A stretch of 64,000 nt of DNA from Nostoc sp. DedSLP01 (GTDB taxonomy: Bacteria > Cyanobacteriota > Cyanobacteriia > Cyanobacteriales > Nostocaceae): the NCBI GenBank assembly GCA_034530875.2, contig JAVRCJ020000019.1, positions 32,001 through 96,000 on the forward strand. Direction: 5' to 3'. Of this stretch, positions 1-10,193 are shown in pieces. Each line of letters starts with the position of its first letter. Positions within the stretch are counted from its first letter, which is position 1. The notes under the pieces are model-generated. The model saw nothing but the letters and a program-made list of their open reading frames with translations. It ran no database searches and was not told where the DNA came from. The position numbers were made by a program, and so were the translations under genes.

Positions 1-78
1 GATGTACAGGCGACTGACTCAGCACAAGGGAATCTCTTCATAAGTACTGGAAACGGGTTCTAGTGTTGTGTGGGGATA

Positions 79-213
79 ATATCAAGTTCGGATGATTAGT
101 TATGATTGCAGTCCTCGCGTTACCCCTCCCCAACCCTCCCCTTGCTAAGGGGAGGGTGCCGTAAGGCGGGTGGGGTGTTTCAGGATTTATAAATAATTAA
201 GCGAACTTGATAT
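79..213. mobile_element. MITE-like element with terminal inverted repeats and internal GC hairpin
   Basis: The left end ATATCAAGTTCGGATGATTAGTTAT matches the reverse complement of the right end (ATATCAAGTTCGCTTAATTATTTAT). Internal CCCTCCCTTGCTAAGGGAGGG stem. Confidence 0.65.
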
Positions 214-587
214 AACTAGTCACTCTGGAGAATTTTGAGTGACAAATTTAAGAACTAACTGCAAATTCTCAAATTGTGGTACATCTCTGAAAATAGCGAT
301 TGTTAGCTAGATGGTAGATCGCAAGTAATGTACTCACTAAAATTCAGGTTACTATAATTTTTGAAGAAAAATAACAGAAATATATAAACTTCATGAGAAA
401 TAAGTAAAGGAAATATGAAAATTAATTAATACCATCTTGGAGACAATTGTTATCCATATTTATTTCGTCATATATCCGGAAAGGCTGAGAATATACAGTA
501 ATAATGAAATACAGGCACGCCAGAGGTAGAAATTGAACTCTTGCAAAATTATTTGGTATTACTGCTAAATTCTGCGGTATGTAGCAA

Positions 588-616
588 AAAGACGCAAAGA
601 AAATCTTTGCGTCTTT
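588..616 (-). terminator. Stem-loop downstream of the DUF4149-like gene
   Basis: Perfect 13-bp stem AAAGACGCAAAGA-aaa-TCTTTGCGTCTTT about 40 nt past the stop at 655. Confidence 0.6.
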
Positions 617-654
617 GATGTGAGATTTAATAATGAACATTCTCACCCTTATAC

Positions 655-1146
655 TTAAACTTGCTCCTGCCAATACCAGCTTAAAAGTACGCCACCTGCC
701 GTCAGCTTAATTAGTTCCAGTAGCCAATAACCACCGTGCAGTAAATTCATTGTTGATGGAATAGCAGCAACAGCTTCAAATAAGTTGAGTTGAATTCCGA
801 TCGCACACATTTGCGGAGTCAAGAAATAAGTATCAAGTACGGCTATACTCAACAACAACACAGATAGAGCAATACTACCAATGCTGCGATGAAATTGAGT
901 TTTACTCAAAACCAGCGCTCCAGTTAATACTACAGCAGCAGATAATAATTCCATGCGATTAAAGTTCCAAAAAATCGCATAGCCGGCTGTAGTAAAGCCA
1001 CCCTGGTTCATCATGCCAGAAAGATAAAGGGTAGGCATAATTACCCAGTCCAAAACGAGACTTGCGCTGAGCCAAAAGCCCAAAGTCAATACAATCGCGG
1101 TTTGCCAAATTGGCCGTTTGGATGCAACGTTAGAAATAGCAGTCAT
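655..1146 (-). CDS. Four-TM membrane protein, DUF4149-like
   Basis: 163 aa with four hydrophobic helices; motifs G.WL, F..FNR.E, LTPQM and LH..Y..LE. Confidence 0.7.
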   Translation of the reverse strand: MTAISNVASKRPIWQTAIVLTLGFWLSASLVLDWVIMPTLYLSGMMNQGGFTTAGYAIFWNFNRMELLSAAVVLTGALVLSKTQFHRSIGSIALSVLLLSIAVLDTYFLTPQMCAIGIQLNLFEAVAAIPSTMNLLHGGYWLLELIKLTAGGVLLSWYWQEQV

Positions 1147-1533
1147 AGAATAATTGCGTATGTTGTATTCTTAGTCTCTAACTTTAAGAGTTACTTTGAC
1201 AACAAATATCAATTAAGCTTTACATTGGTTGCCAAGGAATTGCGAACAAATAAATTATTATTACCTGTGGGGTGAGTGTCTCGCGCGCCACAATCAAGGG
1301 CAGACAAGATGTCCAACCCACAAGAGAATTTGGATATTTTTATTTGCAAGTCTTTTAATATAAATAGCGATCGCTCTTAACTTTTTGTTAAATAACAACT
1401 TTTTTTAAAGATAATTAAAAAAGATTAAAAAGCTTTAATAAGTGATTTTACTTATTATAAACGCTCAATTTTGCGATAAGGAATCCTGCGAATAGATATG
1501 GATAAGTAAAGGCGTACAGTTGTACGCCCCTAG

Positions 1534-4119
1534 TTATTTTTCCTGGAATGTCCAGACACCTTCATCCCAATCTGATTCTGTTGGGGGTGCTTGTAACCAA
1601 TGCTGACAACGCAATAGATGTAACATCGCGGCTTTATCTTGGTTATCGGCTGCTAAAACTAAGGCAAATTCAGCTCTAGCACGATTAAAATCGCGTTGGA
1701 GGTAATATTTGCGCCCTTTATGATAATGTTCGATGACTTGGAGTTTTTCGCTACTAATGGGATCGGAACGCAAACCTATCAATTCATATATAGATACTGG
1801 CTCATTTCTACCTTTGACGCGGATGTAATCTAGCTCTCTCGCCCAAATATTTTCTTGGCATGGTTTAAATGTGTTGTGGCTAATAATAATATCGCAACCA
1901 TACTGTTTACTAACACTTTCTAATCGCGAACCTAAATTAACACCATCGCCGATGGCTGTAAATTCCATTCGCTTACTAGAACCGATATTTCCACTAATTA
2001 CTGTATCGGAATTGATGCCAATACCAATGTTAATTTTGGGCTTATTTACTGTGTGGCGACGTTGATTAAAATCATGCAAGCGCTGGCGCATTTCGAGAGA
2101 TGTTTGTACTGCCATCCAAGCGTGTTCTTCTAAAGGTAAAGGAGAACCAAAAACAGCCATAATCGCATCGCCGATGTATTTATCGAGGGTACCTTTATGT
2201 TTAAAAACTGCCTCTACCATTGATTCAAAATATTCATTGAGCATACTCACCACTTCTTCTGCTTCTAGGTTTTCGGTCAAAGTGGTGTAGCCGCGAATAT
2301 CGGAAAATAAAATTGAAACTTCTTTGCGATCGCCTCCTAGTTTAGCGTCATCTAACTTCAGCAATTCTTCTGCTAATTCCTGGGTCATGTAGCGGTACAT
2401 TGTACTTTTAAGCCGCTTTTCATCGCTGATATCTTCCATCACGACTAGGGCGCCACGGACTTGCTCCTGGTCGCTGACATCAGCAATTGTATTAATCGAT
2501 AAATTAATACTATGCTCTTCTGCACCGCCACTTAAAAGGGTGCGATCTGGGTAATATTGTTGGCGACGTTTTGAGTCGCTTCCGTGTAAAGCATCCTGAC
2601 ACAACTTGCTAAAGTCGATTTCTTTAATGGCGATGACATCATTAACTAATTTACCTTCTAAACGGTCGTCTGCTTCTAATCCCAGCAAACGTTTAGCACT
2701 TTCATTGGCAGCGATAATTAACCCAGATTTATCAGTAGAAACCACGCCATTGGAAAGACTGCGGAGAATGTCTCTTTGCATTTGCTCTTGTTGCTTGACT
2801 GTGGCAAACAACTGAGCATTATGTAATGCAACTCCCGCTTGAATATTAAAAGCTTCCATGAACTCTTCATCGTTGCGGTCAAAACTAGCTTGGAAGCATT
2901 CGGGAGCTTTCGGCCAAGACACAGGATCGTAAGGGGGAAAATCTCCAGATTTCTTTTTATTGACTAACTGAGTAACACCGATTAATTCTTGGTCGGCGTT
3001 ATATACTGGCATACAAAGTAAACTACAAGTGCGATAGCCATTTTGTTGGTCGAGTTGTTTGGCTGTTTCCGAGTCGGGATCGTCGTATAAGTCAAAGGCA
3101 ATATTTAGTTTCTTACCGGATGCAGCTACTATACCTGCAAAGCCTTTACCGATGGGGACGCGTAACTCCTTTGTTGAGCCATCGTCTTGGGTGATTTTCG
3201 TCCACAATTGATGACGATCGCGGTCTATTAACCATAGCGTACTGCGATCGGCATTCATTAATTCCTTGGCTTCATCCATTACCCGTTTGAGGGTATCTTC
3301 TAAATCGAGACTGCTTTGAGAAAGCGACTTGATTGCTTTCATCAACGCTGCCACAGCTCTTTGTTTTTGGGTGGCGACATAAAAAGAGCGCGATGATTCT
3401 AAAATCAGCCGAATCGAAGGGGCAAATTCTTGAAATAATTGTTCGTCAGCACAGATAAAACCGTTGGTATCAATGCGCTCTGCAAGTGGAGCATTTGGAT
3501 TGCTACCAGGCTTTAATTTATTCAGTAATTGTACTACTGCAACTAATTGTTCTTGTTCGTTTAATAACGGTAAAGCCAGCATCGTGTAAGTACGATAGCC
3601 AGTTCTTTTTTCTTGTGCTTGGGCAAAATGCGATCGCGGATCGTCATAAAAATCAAAAGGAATATTGATAACTTGCTTGAAAGTCGCAACCTCACCACCG
3701 ATTCCTTTATTGGCAGGGATGCGAATTTCTAAAGAGCGATCGCCCTCTCCCTCAGCCACAATTGACCAGAGTTCTTGTTTTTCTTCATCTAATAAAAATA
3801 TTGTTGTCCTGTCTGCCCCCAGTAATTCCCCGGTTTTTAAGGTAATCGAATGCAACATTTCTTGCAATATATTTTCAAACCCCTGAGAATCCAGCATCGA
3901 TAGGGTTTGATGTACAATCTGTAATTTTTGCTCGACATCCTTAACAACCTGTTTAAAAGTATCTTGAGTTAAGGGAGCAAGAAACGAAGAAAAAGTTCCT
4001 TGTCTTGTGGCAAGAGCACCTACAGGAGCAGAATTTGCTTTTAATTTGCCGTTTTCTTGATTTTGAACCCTAATAACCACATCGGTGGTATCACCGCAAC
4101 TACCTTGATACACTGACAT
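1534..4119 (-). CDS. cyaB2: Adenylate cyclase CyaB2 (GAF-GAF-PAS-class III cyclase)
   Basis: Tandem GAFs with NKFDE-type motifs and the long CyaB2 inserts (LLNKLKP..F...DE; VNKKK..FDRNDE). Cyclase motifs FSDIRGYT, DKYIGDA and GDGVNLGSRLE. Close to Anabaena CyaB2 as I recall it. Start placed at MSVYQG. Confidence 0.93.
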   Translation of the reverse strand: MSVYQGSCGDTTDVVIRVQNQENGKLKANSAPVGALATRQGTFSSFLAPLTQDTFKQVVKDVEQKLQIVHQTLSMLDSQGFENILQEMLHSITLKTGELLGADRTTIFLLDEEKQELWSIVAEGEGDRSLEIRIPANKGIGGEVATFKQVINIPFDFYDDPRSHFAQAQEKRTGYRTYTMLALPLLNEQEQLVAVVQLLNKLKPGSNPNAPLAERIDTNGFICADEQLFQEFAPSIRLILESSRSFYVATQKQRAVAALMKAIKSLSQSSLDLEDTLKRVMDEAKELMNADRSTLWLIDRDRHQLWTKITQDDGSTKELRVPIGKGFAGIVAASGKKLNIAFDLYDDPDSETAKQLDQQNGYRTCSLLCMPVYNADQELIGVTQLVNKKKSGDFPPYDPVSWPKAPECFQASFDRNDEEFMEAFNIQAGVALHNAQLFATVKQQEQMQRDILRSLSNGVVSTDKSGLIIAANESAKRLLGLEADDRLEGKLVNDVIAIKEIDFSKLCQDALHGSDSKRRQQYYPDRTLLSGGAEEHSINLSINTIADVSDQEQVRGALVVMEDISDEKRLKSTMYRYMTQELAEELLKLDDAKLGGDRKEVSILFSDIRGYTTLTENLEAEEVVSMLNEYFESMVEAVFKHKGTLDKYIGDAIMAVFGSPLPLEEHAWMAVQTSLEMRQRLHDFNQRRHTVNKPKINIGIGINSDTVISGNIGSSKRMEFTAIGDGVNLGSRLESVSKQYGCDIIISHNTFKPCQENIWARELDYIRVKGRNEPVSIYELIGLRSDPISSEKLQVIEHYHKGRKYYLQRDFNRARAEFALVLAADNQDKAAMLHLLRCQHWLQAPPTESDWDEGVWTFQEK

Positions 4120-4303
4120 AATTAGTATTAGATATAACCGAATGAGATGGTAGATGTAACAATGCAATTAAATTTATGTAATAGGTGCTAAAAGCAACAT
4201 TTCATATTATCCATAGTTTAATCGCTTGTTCAGCCAGCGTCATCCCGTCAGAAACAGGCACAGGGATAAAGGAGACAAATAGACAAGAACATTGAAGAAG
4301 AAT

Positions 4304-4457
4304 ACAGAATTCAGAATTCAGAATTCAGAATCAATCAGTGGGGGATTCAGGCCCGCCACTGATTGTTTTGCACCAAATCTACGATTTGGTGGGGGTCTAA
4401 AAAGAGATTATTCATCCGCCAGTGGTACAAAATACCTAACTGAATTCTGACGACTGA
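4304..4457. repeat. Nostoc-type dispersed repeat with CAGAATT heptamers and hairpins
   Basis: (CAGAATT)x3 followed by the stem AATCAGTGG...CCACTGATT and the stem CCAAATC...GATTTGG. Confidence 0.5.
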
Positions 4458-4598
4458 CGCGTTTATTCTGCTTGATAACTCTTAAGTCGTTGGTTAACAG
4501 TCAGATTTTTAGCGATCGCAAAAAACGATTGCCATCGTTAAATAATAAAAATTAAAGGGAACAATAAGCAGAGTAAATATATTGTGAAGCCTGCTGCG

Positions 4599-5849
4599 AT
4601 GTTAGTTTTATCCGATAAAATGTATTCTCTTGCCGGATATCGCATTTTAGAACAAATCTATTGTGGTAGGAAAACACTAGTTTATCGGGGTGTTAAAGAA
4701 CAAAGTCAAATACCTGTAGTCATTAAACTGATACGAAATGAGTGTCCTACCTTCGGTGAAATTGCTCAATTCCACAATCAGTATACAATTACCAAAAATC
4801 TCAACTTACCAGGAATAGTTCAACCTCTGTGCTTAGAAAACTATGGTAACAGCCATGCTTTAATCATGGAGAACTTTGGCGGTATCTCGCTCAAAGACTG
4901 GCTACAGCAGAACGAATTACAAGATGGAATTACACTAAAAGAATTTTTTCATATAGCCATAGCGATCGCATCAACTTTAGAAGACTTGCATCGCAGTCGC
5001 ATCATTCATAAAGATATCAAACCCGCCAATATACTAATTAACCCCAGCACTCTAGAAGTCAAAATTATCGACTTCAGTATTGCCACTCTGCTACCAAGAG
5101 AAATTCAATATCTCAAAGTAGTTGATGATGCTCGGAATGTTGCTTTCTTAGCAAGCGATCGCTACATGATTCTCCAACAGCCTAAGAGCCTGTTGTGTAT
5201 TCCAATTCTCAATCAGGGTAAATTACTGGGGATTATTTATCTCGAAAATAATCTTACCACCGGAGCATTTACCCGCGATCGCGTCGAAGTTATAAAACTA
5301 ATTACCACCCAAGCGGCAATTTCCTTAGAGAATGCTATTCTCTATCAGAATTTAGGACAAGCAAATCAACGCCTCGAAGAATACAGCCATAGTTTAGAAG
5401 CAAAAGTAGAAACTAGAACCCAGCATCTCAAACAAGCTCTCAAAGAACTGCAACAGACGCAAATCCAATTAATCCAAAGCGAAAAAATGTCTTCCTTGGG
5501 CCAAATGGTGGCAGGAATCGCTCATGAAATTAATAATCCAATTAACTTTATTCATGGCAATATTGGTCATGCTAGTGAATATGTCAAAGATTTACTAGAT
5601 TTACTGGCTGTATATCAAAAAGAATGCACCAATGCTTCGGATTTAATTGATGAGAAAGCTGCACAAATTGATGCAGATTTCTTAGCCAAAGATTTGCCAA
5701 AGATTCTGGATTCTATGAAAGTTGGCAGTTTGCGGATTCGCAATATAGTTTTAGGTTTGCGTAACTTCTCCCGCCTGGATGAAGCGGAAATGAAACCTGT
5801 GAATATTCATGAAGGTATTGACAACACTTTGATGATTTTGCAGCACTGA
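4599..5849 (+). pseudogene. Internally deleted and truncated Ser/Thr kinase-GAF-histidine kinase (HstK-like)
   Basis: Kinase N-half (VVIK, HKDIKPAN, DFS) is joined in frame to a GAF C-half and a HisKA H-box (AHEINNP). It stops at LQH-TGA, before any HATPase domain. Confidence 0.8.
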
Positions 5850-5923
5850 CTGAAATACCAATTCAGTAGTGAAATGCTGAGATTAACCTAACTATTAAAG
5901 GCTTTTCTTGCCTGCACTCTCTC

Positions 5924-6586
5924 TTATCCAGCAAATAATGGTCGATCGTACTTTGTAGCTTTTATGAGTAACTCTCGGACTTCTTCATCTGTAGTTTGGG
6001 GAAACTTTTCGTACCAAAGACCAACGCTATAGAAAGGGCTGGGTGTCTCAACACAAACAGTTTTGTCTACCTTAGGTTTTAAGTCTTGACAAGTTTCAGA
6101 TGCGGCTACGGGGACAGCAATTACAATCGCAGCCGGTTTTTGTTTGCGCACAGCCACAACCGCAGCCCACATAGTCGCACCTGTGGCTAAACCATCATCT
6201 ACCAAAATAACTGTGCGTGCCTGTAAATTTGGCAAGGGGCGATCGCTTCTATAAAGCTTTTCCCGACGCTGTAACTCTTTTTCTTCTCGTAGCGCCACCC
6301 TGGCAATTACTTCGTCAGAGATGTTCGCCTCCTTGATAATATGTTTGTTAAGTATTTGCACGCCACCAGAAGCGATCGCTCCCATTGCTAGTTCTTCTCG
6401 ATCGGGCATACCCAATTTACGTACCACTAAAACATCTAAGGGAGCATTTAACGCTTTAGCAACCTCAAAGGCAACGGGTACGCCACCTCTTGGTAGCCCC
6501 AATACTACAACATCCGAGCGATTAGCATAACCAACTAACTCTTGAGCTAAAAATTGACCTGCAATCCTCCTGTCTTTGAATCGCAT
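5924..6586 (-). CDS. Phosphoribosyltransferase family protein
   Basis: F.DR..AG..LA, LGLPRGGVPVA and the PRPP loop VILVDDGLATGAT. Confidence 0.9.
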   Translation of the reverse strand: MRFKDRRIAGQFLAQELVGYANRSDVVVLGLPRGGVPVAFEVAKALNAPLDVLVVRKLGMPDREELAMGAIASGGVQILNKHIIKEANISDEVIARVALREEKELQRREKLYRSDRPLPNLQARTVILVDDGLATGATMWAAVVAVRKQKPAAIVIAVPVAASETCQDLKPKVDKTVCVETPSPFYSVGLWYEKFPQTTDEEVRELLIKATKYDRPLFAG

Positions 6587-6879
6587 GGTATGACACTCCT
6601 GATAAATTTACAAAAAATTTAAGTATTTACATCTATTCCCTCTCAGCTACTGCCCTCAAACAATGGGTTTAATTCCGATGGAATTTGAAAGCGGAGATTG
6701 TCGATCGCATCTGTTGCCAATCGCTTCCTATAATCTTTTAATGACTACACGCACATCTTTTCTTTAAGCAAAACTAGGGTCTAGGGCAATACTGTTCAGT
6801 TAAGGATATTTATCGCTTGAGGTAGGTAGGGGAAGCAGAGGAGGCTTTTGAGGTAGGGGGAGAGAAAAGTCTTATCCGA

Positions 6880-7059
6880 ACTATGTGGCAGATATTCTCC
6901 AATTCCTCTCAGCAGTTGGGCAGCAGCATTGAAAAGCTCACTCGCAGCTAACTGTTTTGCCAGCCTCTTGAGAGTATTACGCATTGCGAGTTCTGCATGA
7001 CCAGCCAATCCCAGACGGGCACGATTTTGTACCTGTCCGATAAACTTATCGTGTTTTAT
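6880..7059 (-). pseudogene. DUF2267-like fragment
   Basis: (I)KHDKFIGQVQNRARL...AELAMR.TL..LA.QL...E..NAAAQL..GIGEYL. The start appears as ATA and the C-terminal half is replaced by repeat DNA. Confidence 0.55.
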
Positions 7060-7199
7060 TTTCCATCCAGATTCCCCTGAATGCATGACTTGTTATAGTC
7101 AAGAGTTCCTAAATAGATTGTAAAAAACTAAAAATTTTATGTCCTCTGGCTAACGGAGCGACATATTCAATTTAGAGTTCTATCAAAGGGATGAGTTGT

Positions 7200-7442
7200 A
7201 ATACTGTTTCACTTTAAGGCTGATACATTTAGACAAACAGAGGAGGCAGTGCCAATGAAACAAGTTTCATCGCCAAGTATGAAAGTGGTTTTTCCCCTAC
7301 TCCCTACTCCCTACTCCCCATTTACAAGGCAGTCCCAATGAAACAAGTTTCATCGCCAATAATGAAAGTATCTTTCTCCCCCTGCTCAAGAACTGCTTTT
7401 TCAAGCTAGGGAGGGAGAAAAAAAGCTTAACTGAACGGTATT
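7200..7442. mobile_element. MITE-like element with internal ~55-bp duplication
   Basis: Ends AATACTGTTTCACTTTAAG and CTTAACTGAACGGTATT. Internal duplicate at 7244-7298 and 7327-7381 containing the palindrome ATGAAAC-AA-GTTTCAT. CCCTACT heptamers. Confidence 0.55.
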
Positions 7443-8002
7443 GCCTTATACCCTACACTCTCTCCCGTCGCGGGCTTGATATTTAGTACATAAGTACTGA
7501 ATAAAAATTACTCACTCAACATTTAAGACTCAGTAATGTGCTGCCACGAAAGAAGCACTTCTTTGAGCTATTTCTTAAGGACGCGATTAATCTCTTCTTT
7601 AGGCAGTCGCTATTCTTTTTGAAAGAATGCTAAGTTATTCCCTAACGTTTGCTGTTAACTTGTGCTGAGTATTTATTTTAACTGATTTTATGCTATAAAT
7701 TACTTAATTCATGCCAGAATCAAAGCCCATAAAGGATACGGTAACCATTCAACTTGTAATTTTGGGCTTTTCTGCTTTTGCTTTACATTAATAAATGTGT
7801 TGATACGATCTTCACATTATCCCGAGATTGTAAATGTGCCATAATATACTATATATTTACTCTTTAAAGAAAGAATAAATTTATGCTAAATTTTACGTAC
7901 AGAATCCCACTTAAATTAGTATTTAACACTTATAGGTATAACTTAATAGGTAGAATAACTGATATCGTTCAGATATTTTTAAAATTAAAGCAGGATTTTT
8001 AA

Positions 8003-8506
8003 ATGATCGGCTTAACTAATTCGGAAAACGCTATAGGTAGCAGCATAGGAGCCACTAAGAGACTGGCAAGGGCAATAATGGTTTCTGCCGGACAGTTCTC
8101 ACTGATATTAGCGTGTTGTAACTCTGTTGAAAGACAGCAACAAGTGGCAAATTTGCTAACAGAATTTTTATCAGCTGACATTGAAGAAGTCTTGCTTACA
8201 CCTGCGGCTGGCAGTTTGTATACAGTTATTGCAAATAGAATTGGCGCTACTCAACCTGAAGCTTTGATAGTACGGGGTTTAGAATCTGTAGTGGAAATTA
8301 ATCAACTAATTGCCAGTACCAACATGATGCGGGATGAATTTCGCAAACAGTTTAAGTTTCCCTTGGTATTGTGGGTTAATGATGAAATTCTCTGCAAACT
8401 AGTCTGGTTAGCGCCAGATTTCAAAGACTGGGCAGCTAGTACTATTAGATTTGATATAGCCAATAATCAGTTAGTTGAAGCTGAAGCACAAACAATCCGC
8501 GCTTAA
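8003..8506 (+). CDS. Hypothetical protein resembling the N-terminal domain of cyanobacterial NTPase/WD40-TPR proteins
   Basis: L.RAI..S.GQFSLILA.CN, P.AL.V.GLESV, N..RDEFRK.F.FPLVLW and APDF..W motifs. AGGA RBS upstream. Confidence 0.6.
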   Translation: MIGLTNSENAIGSSIGATKRLARAIMVSAGQFSLILACCNSVERQQQVANLLTEFLSADIEEVLLTPAAGSLYTVIANRIGATQPEALIVRGLESVVEINQLIASTNMMRDEFRKQFKFPLVLWVNDEILCKLVWLAPDFKDWAASTIRFDIANNQLVEAEAQTIRA

Positions 8507-8868
8507 GCTAGACATTAATATTAGATTTTAAATTTTAGATGTTGGATTGGGAATTGCCTGAGCGTGTTTTGCTAGGCGTAAATTTATCTGTAGCGATGAT
8601 TTGGAAATTTGCGATCGCACAAAAAAAAGTTTTTCCCGCAAAACCAGAAATTCCACCAGATGAAAAGGCTGAAGTTCTTTGATTTCCATCAAGTTTACTT
8701 CAGGAACAAAGATTCATTAGATTGGCGTCTCTCTTTATATCTGCTTCAAAAAGGATATTTGCAACTAGTCCCAACTCGTGGAGTTCTGGGATTATATAGT
8801 TTTTTATCCTGAGTCGCTAGAAATTATTTCTGAGTTTTATAACTATTGACTAATAGCACTATATTAGT

Positions 8869-9999
8869 ATGAAAATCATGGCGAAAATTTATTTTACCAC
8901 AAATCAAGCACGAATTTTTACTGCTTTGCTTTTGACTGGCATTTTGTCTGTTAGCAGCGGTTTCGCATTCATCAAAGATGCCACAGCAGGTTCTGTAAAC
9001 TTGTCATTAGAAACAAGCAATTATGTTTCTAAAGATAATATTAAATCAAATCGCTTGCCCCGTCCAGTAGCTAACGCGGTGCTGCAAGACTTAGCTCGCA
9101 GACAAGGAATTTCTGTTAGAAAACTCAAAATTACTCAATATAATCAAAAGACTTGGAGCAATGGTTGTTTAGAATTACCTCAACCAGATGAAGTTTGCAC
9201 TGAGGCGTTAGTTCCTGGTTGGCGGGTTGTGGTGTCTAATGGCAAACAAAATTGGGTTTATCATACCAATAGCAATGGGCGATCGCTACGTTTAGCTTCG
9301 GGAAATACTGCTTCCGATAAATTACCCACATCGGTAAAAAATAGCGTTTTGCAGGCTGCATCAAAACAACTGCAACAGCCGATTTCTCAACTGAGAATAG
9401 TTGAGTTTCAACAGCGAACTTGGAATAATGGCTGTTTAGAATTACCCAATCCTGATGAATTTTGTACCGAAGCTTTAGTACCAGGTTGGCGCATAGTTGT
9501 TAGGGGACGCGAACAAACTTTGGTTTATCACACCAATCAAACAGGTTCGATAGTTAGGCTTAATCAAAAAACTAACCAGACTACGCTTAAACCTGTGCAA
9601 ATTCCAGACAGCGAGTTACCACCAGTTTTAGATCGAGATGTAGTATTTCGGCAAATCTCCAGCGGGGGGTTTGCTGGTAGAACCTACGAGACTGTTTTAC
9701 TCAAAGATGGAGAATTGATTCGCGTGCGGATTGGTGATGCTAACGATTCTGAACGTAGCGTTCGCCGTGTTTCTGTAGAACAGGTGCAAGAATTTTTGCG
9801 ATCGCTAGAAGGCTATAAATTTACTCAATTCCGCAATCTCAGTTACCCCGCGCCCAGCGGTGCGGCTGACTATATCACTTACACTCTCACCAGCAAAAAG
9901 AATACGGTTCAGTACAATGATATTTCTCAAAATAATCTGCCAAGCAATTTACAAGTAATAGTCAAAGCTTGGAATCAGATTATAGCTAGCGCTCAATAG
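8869..9999 (+). CDS. Secreted protein with two Cys-pair repeats and a C-terminal emfourin-like domain
   Basis: Signal peptide; two copies of TW.NGCLELP.PDE.CTEALVPGW..V; C-terminal FRQISSGGFAG...ADYITY. Confidence 0.75.
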   Translation: MKIMAKIYFTTNQARIFTALLLTGILSVSSGFAFIKDATAGSVNLSLETSNYVSKDNIKSNRLPRPVANAVLQDLARRQGISVRKLKITQYNQKTWSNGCLELPQPDEVCTEALVPGWRVVVSNGKQNWVYHTNSNGRSLRLASGNTASDKLPTSVKNSVLQAASKQLQQPISQLRIVEFQQRTWNNGCLELPNPDEFCTEALVPGWRIVVRGREQTLVYHTNQTGSIVRLNQKTNQTTLKPVQIPDSELPPVLDRDVVFRQISSGGFAGRTYETVLLKDGELIRVRIGDANDSERSVRRVSVEQVQEFLRSLEGYKFTQFRNLSYPAPSGAADYITYTLTSKKNTVQYNDISQNNLPSNLQVIVKAWNQIIASAQ

Positions 10000-10143
10000 G
10001 GAATGGGGAATGGGGACTGGGGACTGGGGACTGGGGACTGGGGAGATGGGGAAGTGTGGGGAGTGTGGGGGGAGAGGGGGGAAAGATTTCTTCCCCATCT
10101 TCCCACACCTCCCACACCCCCCACACCTGCCAATGCCCAACAC
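10000..10143. repeat. STRR heptamer tract (GGGGACT/GGGGAAT) plus G/C-rich dispersed repeat
   Basis: Tandem heptamers. The downstream block is nearly identical to 34790-34860. Confidence 0.85.
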
Positions 10144-10193
10144 CCAATATTGGGCATACAATCGAAACGAGAATTAAATCATACTTGTGGTAG

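Noticed and set aside
1..63. 3' end of an upstream CDS
   Set aside because: Frame 1 is open to TAG at 61-63, but 20 residues are too few to support a call.
7443..8002. ncRNA or riboswitch in the long intergenic region
   Set aside because: Only weak short stems; no recognisable RNA family motif by eye.
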